From Candidatus Iainarchaeum sp. (GTDB lineage Archaea; Iainarchaeota; Iainarchaeia; Iainarchaeales; JAFCCJ01), in contig JBDRHK010000103.1 in NCBI GenBank assembly GCA_043816965.1, forward strand, positions 1 to 23,157: a stretch of DNA of 23,157 nt, in the 5' to 3' direction. The position numbers were made by a program, and so were the translations under genes. This document shows, piece by piece, positions 1 through 8,871 of this stretch (its first letter is position 1; every line of letters starts with the position of its first letter). The notes beneath the pieces are model-generated. The model did not search any database. It had not been told where the DNA came from and was given only the letters and a program-made list of their open reading frames with translations.

Positions 1-250
1 ACTATTTTAGCAGAAACGGCAGGATTCTGTGCTGCGATATGCCCTAAAAACGCGTATTTTTCGGTTTTCAAGAGGATTTTCGTGCCCTCTAGGGCGGGAT
101 TCTGGAGTGGCATGAGAATCGGATAAAATTAGAACTGGAAATGGTTAAAGGAAAATACTGTTATGTATAAAGTGGCTACATAATCTGCCTATGGCCGCAT
201 CCGAAACGAGGTTCTTTTTCTTCCCGCATTTGTTCCACGACCAGATTCCC

Positions 251-493
251 TTATTCCCGACATCCTCCGAGTTCCAGGAGCTTTTCTTTTTTTAGGATCA
301 ATAAATTTTCTTTTACTGTACTATCAGTGACATGCCCAGCCATTACCTTTCTAGCCTCTTTCAATTTAACTTTCGCTCTTTTTGCTATTTTCTTCGCCAG
401 ATTATCCAAAAAGTAGGCCTTGGCATCTGGTGAAGCATACTCACATAATATTCCCGCAATCACTTTCAAATCATTCCCTGTCAGATTGACCAA
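251..493 (-). CDS. hypothetical small basic protein (80 aa)
   Basis: ORF with TTG start preceded by GGTGGG RBS, directly downstream of the 503-1048 ORF; no recognisable family. Confidence 0.55.
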   Translation of the reverse strand: MVNLTGNDLKVIAGILCEYASPDAKAYFLDNLAKKIAKRAKVKLKEARKVMAGHVTDSTVKENLLILKKEKLLELGGCRE

Positions 494-502
494 GTTCCCA
501 CC

Positions 503-1048
503 TTATTTTTGTTCTTTTTGCTTTTTCTTTATCTCGGCCTGAATTTCACTAATTTCCAATCTTAGCCTACCCATTCTATCAAGAATTTCATTGTGTTCCT
601 TTCCGATTTTTCCGTGCAGATTTAGTGCCAATTCTCCAAGACGTTCTTGCCGCCCTTCCAAATCATTATGAAGAACTTTTAAGGAGGGCGACAATTTCTT
701 GTCTCCCTTTTTCTTGAGTCTTGCATGGGGATTTAACTGCATAAATGCCTCATCTTCCGCCATCCGAAGCTCATCCCTTCTTGCAGTAAGGTCATCTATC
801 TGCGAGATCAGATTAGCAAGTTTTTCCCGGTTAAATGGTGTTTGCGTCGCTTTGTTTCCTTTCATTTGTGTTTCGAGAACTCTCCTGCGATTTTTTACCC
901 CTCTTAATTCTTGGTCAACAACTTCAGATGGGGGCGATTTAGAGCTCTTGACTTTTACCTCGTTTCCCTCACCAAATCTTCCTCTCCCCCTTGAACCATG
1001 AGCTCCAGGCACTCTAAAGTCCCTTGATCCAAATCTCCTTGTTACCAT
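503..1048 (-). CDS. hypothetical coiled-coil protein with Arg/Gly-rich N-terminus (181 aa)
   Basis: Long ORF with heptad-like Leu/Glu/Arg segments; N-terminus MVTRRFGSRDFRVPGAHGSRGRGRF. Confidence 0.7.
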   Translation of the reverse strand: MVTRRFGSRDFRVPGAHGSRGRGRFGEGNEVKVKSSKSPPSEVVDQELRGVKNRRRVLETQMKGNKATQTPFNREKLANLISQIDDLTARRDELRMAEDEAFMQLNPHARLKKKGDKKLSPSLKVLHNDLEGRQERLGELALNLHGKIGKEHNEILDRMGRLRLEISEIQAEIKKKQKEQK

Positions 1049-1122
1049 CAGATTTCACTAACCACAATTTCCAATAAAAGATAAATCGCGCAGAGTATTT
1101 ATTCCTTTGCCCTTTGACCGAC

Positions 1123-1137
1123 AGAAAGATTTAATAA
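1123..1137 (+). promoter_or_regulatory. putative archaeal BRE/TATA promoter for the 1160 ORF
   Basis: AGAAAGA-TTTAATAA, TATA starting 30 nt upstream of the GTG at 1160. Confidence 0.45.
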
Positions 1138-1159
1138 AATTAGAAAATATACTTGATAT

Positions 1160-1363
1160 GTGCCAAGAGAGTACAATCATCCAAGATTAACGTCTAGGCT
1201 ACATGCTGCAATAAAGGACAGAAAAGTCGCTAATGTTAGCAAAGCTATTGATTCATTAAAGAAACAAAAAAAACAAGTTACCCCCCAATCATTGGCGAGA
1301 GAAACCGGAATTCCTCTGGAAGTTATACCTGCTTTATGGAAAGCAGCGGTTAGAAAAAAATAG
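1160..1363 (+). CDS. small basic HTH-like protein (67 aa)
   Basis: VTPQSLARETGIPLEVIPAL resembles an HTH; promoter upstream; paralogous sequence immediately downstream. Confidence 0.6.
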   Translation: MPREYNHPRLTSRLHAAIKDRKVANVSKAIDSLKKQKKQVTPQSLARETGIPLEVIPALWKAAVRKK

Positions 1364-1445
1364 CAAATTTCTGTTATGTAGAAAACTATTTCTTTTTGCG
1401 CCTCCTTATAAAACAAAACCTTAATAAACAATAAAACATTACTTT

Positions 1446-1650
1446 ATGCAGGGGTGGAAGAATAGCTCGCAGGGACGTAGCAACTCTCGGTAACTTAATT
1501 CTTGCAAGAGATAGAATTAAAGCTACTGGGAAGCCAATTACTCACGGAAGATTAGCATCGCACTTGAAAATTCCTGTTAGACAAATACCTGCACTTGAAC
1601 GAGAATTAAGAAACTTAAAGGACCGAGAACGAAAGCAAAAGAAAAAATAA
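1446..1650 (+). pseudogene. frameshifted paralog of the 1160-1363 HTH-like protein
   Basis: Open frame 1447-1650 reads CRGGRIARRDVATLGNLILARDRIKATGKPITHGRLASHLKIPVRQIPALERELRNLKDRERKQKKK and aligns by eye to the 1160 ORF. The ATG at 1446 is one base out of frame and there is no in-frame start after the TAA at 1432. TATA-like CTTAATAA at 1420-1427. Confidence 0.6.
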
Positions 1651-1652
1651 TT

Positions 1653-2114
1653 TCAAGCCAGCGCCCAATTCCCGGCCTTTTCCTTGAATGTGCCCATCAC
1701 TATGTGGGTTTCTGTTCTCTGCACTTTTTCCAGTTTCAGAATATCCCTGATAAACGCCCTCATCTCATTCCTGTTTTTGAATTTGGCTACCACTATTGCG
1801 TCAAAGCTGCCTGCAACACTGTAAACAGCTGTTGAATTTTTCATGTCTGCAATAGCCTTCTCAACCTCTTCAGTATATGCCTGCCTGGTCCTGATAGTTA
1901 TTATTGCAGTAAGGCTATAGCCCATTTTCTCATGGTCAATCTCGGCGCTAAATCCCTTTATCATGCCGCTCCCCTTAAGCCTCTCAAGCCTTGAGCTGGC
2001 AGTACTAACCGCGATTCCCAATTTCCTGGAAATGCTCCTCAATGACTGCCTGGAATCAGCCACCAATTCCTGCAAAAGCAGCACGTCAATATTGTCCATT
2101 TCTTTCTGTTTCAT
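1653..2114 (-). CDS. Lrp/AsnC family transcriptional regulator
   Basis: N-terminal HTH (DNIDVLLLQELVADSRQSLRSISRKLGIAVSTASSRLERL) plus RAM domain (VYSVAGSFDAIV...RTETHIV). Confidence 0.95.
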   Translation of the reverse strand: MKQKEMDNIDVLLLQELVADSRQSLRSISRKLGIAVSTASSRLERLKGSGMIKGFSAEIDHEKMGYSLTAIITIRTRQAYTEEVEKAIADMKNSTAVYSVAGSFDAIVVAKFKNRNEMRAFIRDILKLEKVQRTETHIVMGTFKEKAGNWALA

Positions 2115-2166
2115 GAAGAAATATGGGGGCGATAATTATTAAATAATTACTATAAATGACCTAAAA

Positions 2167-2184
2167 ATCGAACAAAAGTTCGAT
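2167..2184. promoter_or_regulatory. perfect inverted repeat, putative operator
   Basis: ATCGAAC-AAAA-GTTCGAT, about 55-70 nt upstream of the Lrp start in an AT-rich intergenic region. Confidence 0.55.
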
Positions 2185-2545
2185 ATATTACACTAATCTC
2201 ATAATTAGTCACTACATTAAATGACTATTAATGGTTTTTTTGAAACATTTGTTTTCTGAGACTATTTAACAGCGTTAATTGCAGGCCGATTGTTTCCTTT
2301 TTCCGGAATCAGGATTATATACGGCACAGGCAGCAATCTATTCAATGGGGAGACGTATACATCCCATAAAAAAACGGGCAGGCGAAAAAATGGATGTTAG
2401 GGAGCAAAAACAAAAATCGAGAATAACCCTTATTGATGGTAACAGTAACAGAGACCGTACAGAAAGATAATAATGCTTTCTAAATCCTACAGCCCATTTT
2501 AGGGCATTAACTAGATATTTCCTTTTCTAAAATTTCCTTTTCTAA

Positions 2546-3025
2546 TTATCTCCTTTTAGTAAGGTCTTCATCAGGTTCTATAAGGCCAAATGTTCTCTTT
2601 GTTTCCTCAAAGGCTTCTTTCTCAATTCTGTAAATTTCCTTAGTCATTTTGCCCCCCTTCAGGAAAATGTCCCTTAATTCTTCTGGAGATTGAACTCTTC
2701 CGTCAAGGCCTATTCCTGCTTCCCCCATCTTCTTTTTGCAAAGATCATAGTAGTATTCTTGGGCGTCAATTTTAGGCTTATTTTTAACTGGCCTTGTGAG
2801 ATTGTTATCAAATGTTTCCGCAATCTTATGCTCCAGTTCAAAGAGATTCCTGGATGCTTTGAAGTGCATAACCAAGCTTGTTCCATAATATGCGGTCAGG
2901 AAAATGCCCAAAAAACCAGCAGCTATCTTCAGTTTTCGCCCCTTGAAATAATTCCCAGTTCTTGACAGAATTTCCCTGGCTTTTTTCCGGGAAATTAGCA
3001 ACCGCCTTCTCTCTGGCAGGGGCAT
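2546..3025 (-). CDS. hypothetical single-pass membrane protein (159 aa)
   Basis: Basic N-terminus followed by hydrophobic IAAGFLGIFLTAYYGTSLVM; AGGGA RBS; follows the 3036 ORF by 10 nt. Confidence 0.75.
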   Translation of the reverse strand: MPLPERRRLLISRKKAREILSRTGNYFKGRKLKIAAGFLGIFLTAYYGTSLVMHFKASRNLFELEHKIAETFDNNLTRPVKNKPKIDAQEYYYDLCKKKMGEAGIGLDGRVQSPEELRDIFLKGGKMTKEIYRIEKEAFEETKRTFGLIEPDEDLTKRR

Positions 3026-3035
3026 TTAGTTCCCT

Positions 3036-3392
3036 TCAGTCTTCAATTTGCAGCTCAAGCCTTTTTTTGTACTCTTTCTCAACATATTTGTATTCCTGAT
3101 AGTGCTCAAGGACCTTTATTAGGATACCATGATCGCCACTCCTTGTTATGTGCTTTGGGAATATATCAAAAAAGAATTCCTGCGTCTTTCCAGGCGCCAG
3201 AGAATCAATTCTTTTCGAGGTGTTGTAGAGCAAGCCACCCTTGTCGAGGGACAGCTCCCTGGAAAGAATTACGTCCATGGAGATTTTTCTTGTCTCATCG
3301 CCCTTGTTGGTCAGTTCTACAGTAAACTGGACAGGCTCTCTCCTGCTGAGCTTCATCCTGAAGGGATGGAAAGAAGTGTTTATGGATATCAT
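3036..3392 (-). CDS. hypothetical protein, Ig-like beta-sandwich (CARDB-like)
   Basis: Pattern FTVELTNKG...IDSLAPGKTQEFFFDI...GDHGILIKV; AGGTG RBS. Confidence 0.7.
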   Translation of the reverse strand: MISINTSFHPFRMKLSRREPVQFTVELTNKGDETRKISMDVILSRELSLDKGGLLYNTSKRIDSLAPGKTQEFFFDIFPKHITRSGDHGILIKVLEHYQEYKYVEKEYKKRLELQIED

Positions 3393-3470
3393 TTATGCAC
3401 CTATAATTATTAACCTGTGATTCGTATTAAATATCTATTTGTGCAAGATTCTAGCATTGGTGGATTGGCG

Positions 3471-4004
3471 ATGAAGGAACTGGTTTTAAAATTCGATGAA
3501 AAGAAGGGCGAGGTCCAGTTTGAGCAGTACAGCTCTGAGATTCACAGCAGAGGCATGATTGCAGAAATCCAGAGGAAATTCCATACTGTTGTCGGGGAAA
3601 TGGCTGAAATGCTGATATATTCCGCCGCAAAGGATTATTCAATCAAAACCGTTGAGAAATATGAGCTGCTTTTTGTCGCATTCACAATGGTGAGCAAGAG
3701 GCTGTTTGCAGAGCAGCTTATGAAGCAGCTGCCGAAAAGGGGCTATGGAGTTGGGGAAATAATCCACTGGGATGAGCAGAAGAAACAGCTCGCGATTACT
3801 GTAAAGAACTGCTTCAACGCAGTTGGCTTTCCTCCTGGGAAGAAACCGGTCTGCTTTGCAATGGCAGGGATTCTCGCAGGGGCGGCACAAACTATTTTCA
3901 GGACAGATATGCAGTGCCTGGAAACCAAATGTGTTGCAAAGGGCGATGAAATCTGTGAGTTCAGGATGGGCACTAAAACAGAAAGAACCTATTCCCAGAA
4001 ATAG
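3471..4004 (+). CDS. V4R (4-vinyl reductase-like) domain protein
   Basis: GYG...ITVKNCF...KPVCFAMAGILAG...CLETKCVAKGDEICEF signature; start placed at ATG 3471 after GGTGG RBS. Confidence 0.9.
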   Translation: MKELVLKFDEKKGEVQFEQYSSEIHSRGMIAEIQRKFHTVVGEMAEMLIYSAAKDYSIKTVEKYELLFVAFTMVSKRLFAEQLMKQLPKRGYGVGEIIHWDEQKKQLAITVKNCFNAVGFPPGKKPVCFAMAGILAGAAQTIFRTDMQCLETKCVAKGDEICEFRMGTKTERTYSQK

Positions 4005-4077
4005 CGGAAAGGATTAAAAACTCCGGGGGAATAATATATTAGAAAGGGAAAAAGATTGTTTCCCTAATTATGTATAA

Positions 4078-4560
4078 GTGATTGGCTTGAGCAGCGAATT
4101 TCCTGAGGCAGAACTGGTTAGGAAGACTTTTATGATCCGTTCCATGGATCTCCCACCTAATATTGCAATGACAAGGCGTTCTTTATTGCGGTGGTTTGCC
4201 CTTGCATTTGGCCTTCTCTCGGCAAAGGAGAGCAGGAACACAGTTATAGATGTGCTTGATTCACTTTTTTACTTTCAGCTTGCCCAGAAAAAGGAGCCAA
4301 CCACCAATGAATTGCAGATGTATCTAAAGGAGAAGAAGAAGCCAATTAGCGATAAATTGTTGCGGTATCACCTGAAAAGGATGATTGATGTCGGAATGCT
4401 GCAAAGGAAAAAGATGAAATATTCCTTCTCCCATTCACCCTATGCTGAGAAGGTGGATTTAATTGAGGGCTTCAGGCACAACATAAAGGAACCTGTGAAC
4501 AAATCCCTCGATGATATTGAGGCAGTACTCACTAAAATTAAATCCAATTACTCCCAATGA
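4078..4560 (+). CDS. winged helix-turn-helix protein
   Basis: PTTNELQ...ISDKLLRYHLKRMIDVGMLQRKKMKYSF is wHTH-like; start may instead be TTG 4087. Confidence 0.7.
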   Translation: MIGLSSEFPEAELVRKTFMIRSMDLPPNIAMTRRSLLRWFALAFGLLSAKESRNTVIDVLDSLFYFQLAQKKEPTTNELQMYLKEKKKPISDKLLRYHLKRMIDVGMLQRKKMKYSFSHSPYAEKVDLIEGFRHNIKEPVNKSLDDIEAVLTKIKSNYSQ

Positions 4561-4591
4561 CTTAAATTCTTTTTCAACCGGAATTTATCCT

Positions 4592-5404
4592 ATGAAAACT
4601 TCAATTATTGTTTCAAAGGAGGATATTGCCGGAATGAACATGGCGAAATTCCTTAAGGAAACTTTTGGGTTTAAGGAAACCGAAAGGGAATTTGATGGGA
4701 ACAATGTTTGGGTGAAAGATAAATTCGAACTGGTTTTTGTGAATGAGTTTCAGATTTATGCAGAGCATTTGAACAATTTGGAAACTGATTTGATTGTTTT
4801 CGCTTCCCGGCACTCTTCTGCTGCTGAAAAGCCAAGCCTGACAGTCCATGCTCCGGGGAATTGGGGGAAGGCTGAGATGGGTGGGAAGGACGGGGAATTA
4901 TGCCCGACTTATGCTGGTTTGATTAAGAATTATTTATTGGAATTGCAGAAGAAAAAAGATGAACTGAATTTGGAGTATGAGGTTTCTTTAGAGACGACCC
5001 ATCATGGACCGTTTTTAGAGAAACCCGCCGTATTCATTGAGCTAGGGAGCTGCGAAAAACAATGGGGGGATTTGAAAGCTGCTGAAATCATTGCAGGAAT
5101 AATTTTCAATTCAACAAAAGTTGAGAATGCGGGTGTGGTTGCGATTGGGATCGGGGGGAACCATTACTGCCCTGAATTCACCAAATTAGTTTTGCGGACT
5201 GATTACGCGACCTCGCACATAATTCCAAAATACATTCTCCAGAATTTCAGCGAGGAAATGTTGGGAAAAGCGATTGAAAAAACCGTTGAAAAAGTGGATG
5301 AAATTGTTATTGATTACAAGGGATTGGGGCTGGAGAAAAAGAGGGTTCTTCCTGTGCTGGAAAAGTGCGGGCTGCCGATAAAAAGGGTTAGGAAATTGCT
5401 GTAA
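4592..5404 (+). CDS. dtdA: D-aminoacyl-tRNA deacylase (archaeal DTD2)
   Basis: Motifs FASRHSS, PSLTVHAPGNW, EVSLETTHHGP, FIELGS, GGNHY; start at ATG 4592 avoids overlap with the upstream gene. Confidence 0.93.
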   Translation: MKTSIIVSKEDIAGMNMAKFLKETFGFKETEREFDGNNVWVKDKFELVFVNEFQIYAEHLNNLETDLIVFASRHSSAAEKPSLTVHAPGNWGKAEMGGKDGELCPTYAGLIKNYLLELQKKKDELNLEYEVSLETTHHGPFLEKPAVFIELGSCEKQWGDLKAAEIIAGIIFNSTKVENAGVVAIGIGGNHYCPEFTKLVLRTDYATSHIIPKYILQNFSEEMLGKAIEKTVEKVDEIVIDYKGLGLEKKRVLPVLEKCGLPIKRVRKLL

Positions 5405-5430
5405 AAAATTATATGTTATGTATAAGTCAC

Positions 5431-6483
5431 CTAGAATTTCCTCTGATCAATCCATTCTTTTGTTGCACCTAGCAAAACATATTTTTTACTTTTCAAATCA
5501 GAAAACTTTTTCGCCCCGAGCAAAAACATTCCGATTTTGATTTCATCAATCAGATTCTCCAAATACTTCTCAACTCCCTTAGCCCCTCCCTTGTGTTGGG
5601 CCTTCAATACAGGGAGTGCAACACCGCAAAGGTCAGCACCTAAAACACATGCCTTTACAACATCCAACCCGCTTCTAATGCCACCTGTTGCAATAATCTC
5701 CCCCTCAAATGCCTTCCTAACCTCCAAAACACTGACTGCGGTAGGAATTCCATAATCCCAAAAAACGTGCTTTTTCTTTTTAGTCCTCAAATACTCAATC
5801 CCTGTCCAGCTTGTCCCTCCAGCTCCCCCTACATCGATTGCCTTAATATCTGTCTTTGAAAGGCCCTTTGCAACCTCGTATGAAACCCCTGAACCGACCT
5901 CTTTCACAATTATTGGATAGGAAAGGTCCTTTGCGAGCCGGGAAATTGTCTTAATTCCCTTTGAAAAATCAGTTGTTCCCTCTGGTTGAATCGCCTCATG
6001 GGCGGCATTTACATGAACTGCCAAAGCATCTGCCTCAATTGTTTCCAGGGCGTGCTCAATCTCAAGGGTTGAGTAGGAACTTGCCTGCGCAACCCCAATA
6101 TTTCCTGCAAGAAAAATATTCGGCGCGTATTTCCTCACCTTGTAAGTGTCAGAAAGTTCCGGCTTTTCCAGCATAGCTCGCTGAGAGCCCAAACCCATCC
6201 CAATTCCAACATTCTCACAGGCCTTCGCAATATCCTTGTTTATCTTCTTTGCCTTTTCCACCCCGCCGGTTATTGCCGCAACCATTATTGGCGCGGAGAA
6301 ATCCTTTCCTAGGAATTTGGTTTTACAGCTAACCTTTGCCTTATCAATCTCAGGAAGGGTTTTGTAAATAAGTTCAACCCCGCCGAAATTAATATCTCCC
6401 AAACCTGTTTTTTTGTTCTTGAACTGTACATTTTTCCTCAGGGAAATATTTATGTGGTCCAGTTTCCTGTCTTTTATTGCCAT
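5431..6483 (-). CDS. fni: type 2 isopentenyl-diphosphate delta-isomerase (FMN-dependent)
   Basis: RKLDHI, AITGG, MGLGSQRA, QPEG, VKEVGSG, GAGGTSW, ATGGIRSGLD motifs. Confidence 0.97.
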   Translation of the reverse strand: MAIKDRKLDHINISLRKNVQFKNKKTGLGDINFGGVELIYKTLPEIDKAKVSCKTKFLGKDFSAPIMVAAITGGVEKAKKINKDIAKACENVGIGMGLGSQRAMLEKPELSDTYKVRKYAPNIFLAGNIGVAQASSYSTLEIEHALETIEADALAVHVNAAHEAIQPEGTTDFSKGIKTISRLAKDLSYPIIVKEVGSGVSYEVAKGLSKTDIKAIDVGGAGGTSWTGIEYLRTKKKKHVFWDYGIPTAVSVLEVRKAFEGEIIATGGIRSGLDVVKACVLGADLCGVALPVLKAQHKGGAKGVEKYLENLIDEIKIGMFLLGAKKFSDLKSKKYVLLGATKEWIDQRKF

Positions 6484-6485
6484 CT

Positions 6486-7295
6486 TCACACCATCTTTAT
6501 TTCTGTTCCTGCAACATCTTTTTCCATAAGCGCATTATATAAGTTATCTTTTTCAGTGATGTCAAAAATGAAAACCCTCACTCCCTTTAAGGTCTTAAGG
6601 ACCTCAACAAGCTTTCCCTTCATTCCCCCTGTGACATCAACATCCTTTGAGCCTGAAACCTTTAGCAGCACATCATCAACATTCTGCCCATCAATTTTTG
6701 AAATAAGCTCTGCGTCCTTATTTGTCCTTGGGTCCTTGTCATGTATTCCCGGGACATTTGTGCCAAACAAAACCCTTTCAGCCGCAAATTCCTTCGCGAG
6801 ATATGCAATAATGGCGTCCCCGCTGATAACGCTAGCCTTCAATTCCTTATCAATCACCATATCTCCATACATTATCGGAATCACCCCAAAATCTATTTCA
6901 AGCAAATTTTTTATAATTGAGGTATTGAAGGAAACTATTTTTTTATTTTCCTGAACTATGCATGCGCTTGCCTGCACAGGAAACGCTAACAGGCCGGCTT
7001 TAACAAATTCATTAACAACTATCCTGTTCAGCTCTTCCATTGAATTATGTGTTTTGACAAATCCCTCAAAATGCTCGCTGGTTTTAAGGCCATTGTCAAT
7101 CCCATAATCTGTAACGAATTTGTGCCCATATGGCCCTGCACCATGCACCACAATAAGGCTGAACTCTTTCTCTTCCTTTGCCTTCTTGATTTCCTCAACA
7201 GACCTCCTGATGACATTATTCCTTACCTTAGGAATATTCCTTTTCTTGTAGGTAATTGCAGAACCGCCCAGCTTGAGAATTATCAAATCTTTCAT
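6486..7295 (-). CDS. ipk: isopentenyl phosphate kinase
   Basis: Amino-acid-kinase fold: LKLGGSAIT, VHGAGPYGH, ISGD, DVTGGMKGK; adjacent to fni. Confidence 0.95.
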   Translation of the reverse strand: MKDLIILKLGGSAITYKKRNIPKVRNNVIRRSVEEIKKAKEEKEFSLIVVHGAGPYGHKFVTDYGIDNGLKTSEHFEGFVKTHNSMEELNRIVVNEFVKAGLLAFPVQASACIVQENKKIVSFNTSIIKNLLEIDFGVIPIMYGDMVIDKELKASVISGDAIIAYLAKEFAAERVLFGTNVPGIHDKDPRTNKDAELISKIDGQNVDDVLLKVSGSKDVDVTGGMKGKLVEVLKTLKGVRVFIFDITEKDNLYNALMEKDVAGTEIKMV

Positions 7296-7299
7296 GCAT

Positions 7300-7692
7300 C
7301 TAACCCGGAATCTTCACAATGCCCTTTTCAGCATCTACCTCTATCTCATCGCCGTCTTTAATCTTCTCAATGTCTATACTGTCAACACAGGGAATTTCTG
7401 AAATAATTGCCCCTACAGCAACAATAGTTTCGCACTCCTTATTTATGATTGCCTTTGGTGCAACGCCATTCTTTTTCATCTGGTAAAGCGTATATGAGCC
7501 AACAGTAGAGCCTTTTCCCTGCGGAAAAACCAGGATCTTCCCTGCAACACTCTTTCCCTCTAACGGGTGCCCCTTCTCAACAACATTTCCGTTTTCAGGA
7601 TCTACCCCGCCATAAAATGAAATCCCATCACTGCTTACAATTGCCTCTCCCTTTGCAATTCCGGCAAAAATCTTTCTTCCTTTCAGTTCCAT
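7300..7692 (-). CDS. phosphomevalonate dehydratase small subunit (AcnX swivel domain, DUF126)
   Basis: ISFYGGVDPENG, HPLEGKSVAGKILVFPQGKGSTVGSY motif. Confidence 0.93.
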   Translation of the reverse strand: MELKGRKIFAGIAKGEAIVSSDGISFYGGVDPENGNVVEKGHPLEGKSVAGKILVFPQGKGSTVGSYTLYQMKKNGVAPKAIINKECETIVAVGAIISEIPCVDSIDIEKIKDGDEIEVDAEKGIVKIPG

Positions 7693-8868
7693 TTACTCAC
7701 CCACTGCCTCTTTAACGCACTCTTCGAGAGTGCAGAATTTAGTTTTGAATGCATTCTTTCCCCTCCCATAATAAACGCCCTTTGCAGAGTTGGTCGCTAT
7801 TCCCTTGAACCTTCCCTTCAACGGGGCAACCGCGAGACAGGTATCGCATGCGAATTTCGCCCCTGCATCTGTAATTGTTTTCGCAAATCCTTTTTTCTCA
7901 GCCAGCTCCTTAATCGGCCTTGCAAGGCACACCCAAAATTCCTTCCGCACTTTCTTTCCTTCTAACATTCCCGCAATCTTCCCAACCTCTTCAATTGTGC
8001 AATGAGGGCAGCCTATTGAAACAAAATCAACCTCGTCGGCATCATTCATTTCCTTAACCGCATTCTCCACTTCCCCTTTCGTGATTTCCACCTTCTCAGC
8101 AGGAATTTTTGTTTTTTCGGGGGTGATTCCATCCATATGGAACAATGCAGTCCCTCCATAGGTCGCGATTGATGCGCAGAAACTTTTCAGCTGCTCCAAA
8201 TCTGCTTTCTCAACTCCCCTTATTAGCGGAATCTTCTTGCCTATCTTTTTTCCGATTGCATATCCTAAAGCGCCAAATTCCATCACATTTTTTGGGCTTT
8301 CAGGAATATCAACAACAACCTCTGCCTGCCGGTTCTCATCAAGGTGAAAGCCGAACTCCGCGGTTTTCCCTGTAAGCGCAGAGGCCAGCGCGCTGGGGCC
8401 TCCTTCACGGTTGGTTTTCGCGCCGAGGACAGAATTGGCATAACAAACCGCGCTGCTCTCACTCCAGGAAATATGGTCGCCTTGATTCGGCTTGTTGCCA
8501 ATGAGATAAGGCGTGCAGGTGCAGGTTGTGATAACTCCCATCTTACCAAACGCATCAATAACCAGTTTCTGCTTCTTTGCAAATTCCGCATCTATGCCCA
8601 ACTCTTTCCAATTCTCCAAATCCATTCCCGCAGGATTCAAAGTGGTGTAAACCCTAGCCTTCCCATCCTTTGCAAGCTCTGCCAAAAATTCCAGACCAGC
8701 ATCTCCCAGATTGTGATAACTAACTCCTGCAATCTGGACAGATGTTACAGGAATCAGCCTTTTCGCGCCGAAAATATCCCCGAGCGCGGTAAGGATTTCC
8801 ATGCTTTTTTTTACGGCATTCCCGTGCTTCCCTTCCAGCATCTCCTTTTCTTCAGCAGTCAGTTCCAT
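7693..8868 (-). CDS. phosphomevalonate dehydratase large subunit (AcnX, DUF521; Fe-S)
   Basis: GVSYHNLGDAG, TCTCTPY, WSESSA, GCPHC, DTCLAVAP, ATNSAK motifs. Confidence 0.93.
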   Translation of the reverse strand: MELTAEEKEMLEGKHGNAVKKSMEILTALGDIFGAKRLIPVTSVQIAGVSYHNLGDAGLEFLAELAKDGKARVYTTLNPAGMDLENWKELGIDAEFAKKQKLVIDAFGKMGVITTCTCTPYLIGNKPNQGDHISWSESSAVCYANSVLGAKTNREGGPSALASALTGKTAEFGFHLDENRQAEVVVDIPESPKNVMEFGALGYAIGKKIGKKIPLIRGVEKADLEQLKSFCASIATYGGTALFHMDGITPEKTKIPAEKVEITKGEVENAVKEMNDADEVDFVSIGCPHCTIEEVGKIAGMLEGKKVRKEFWVCLARPIKELAEKKGFAKTITDAGAKFACDTCLAVAPLKGRFKGIATNSAKGVYYGRGKNAFKTKFCTLEECVKEAVGE

Positions 8869-8871
8869 TTT

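Noticed and set aside
1..113. Possible minus-strand gene start (MPLQNPALEG…) running off the left edge
   Set aside because: Only 37 codons are visible, with no RBS or motif support.
2170..2181. GAAC-N4-GTTC as a Gram-positive LexA (Cheo) box
   Set aside because: The context is archaeal and there is no SOS gene nearby, so it is kept only as a generic operator.
2279..2470. 63-aa + strand ORF
   Set aside because: TTG start without an RBS or well-placed TATA and no recognisable features; the region may be decayed sequence.
3036..4004. V4R plus Ig-like divergent pair as a TRAPP/Bet3-like trafficking module
   Set aside because: The V4R has ordinary prokaryotic Cys motifs and nothing in the sequence links the two proteins functionally.
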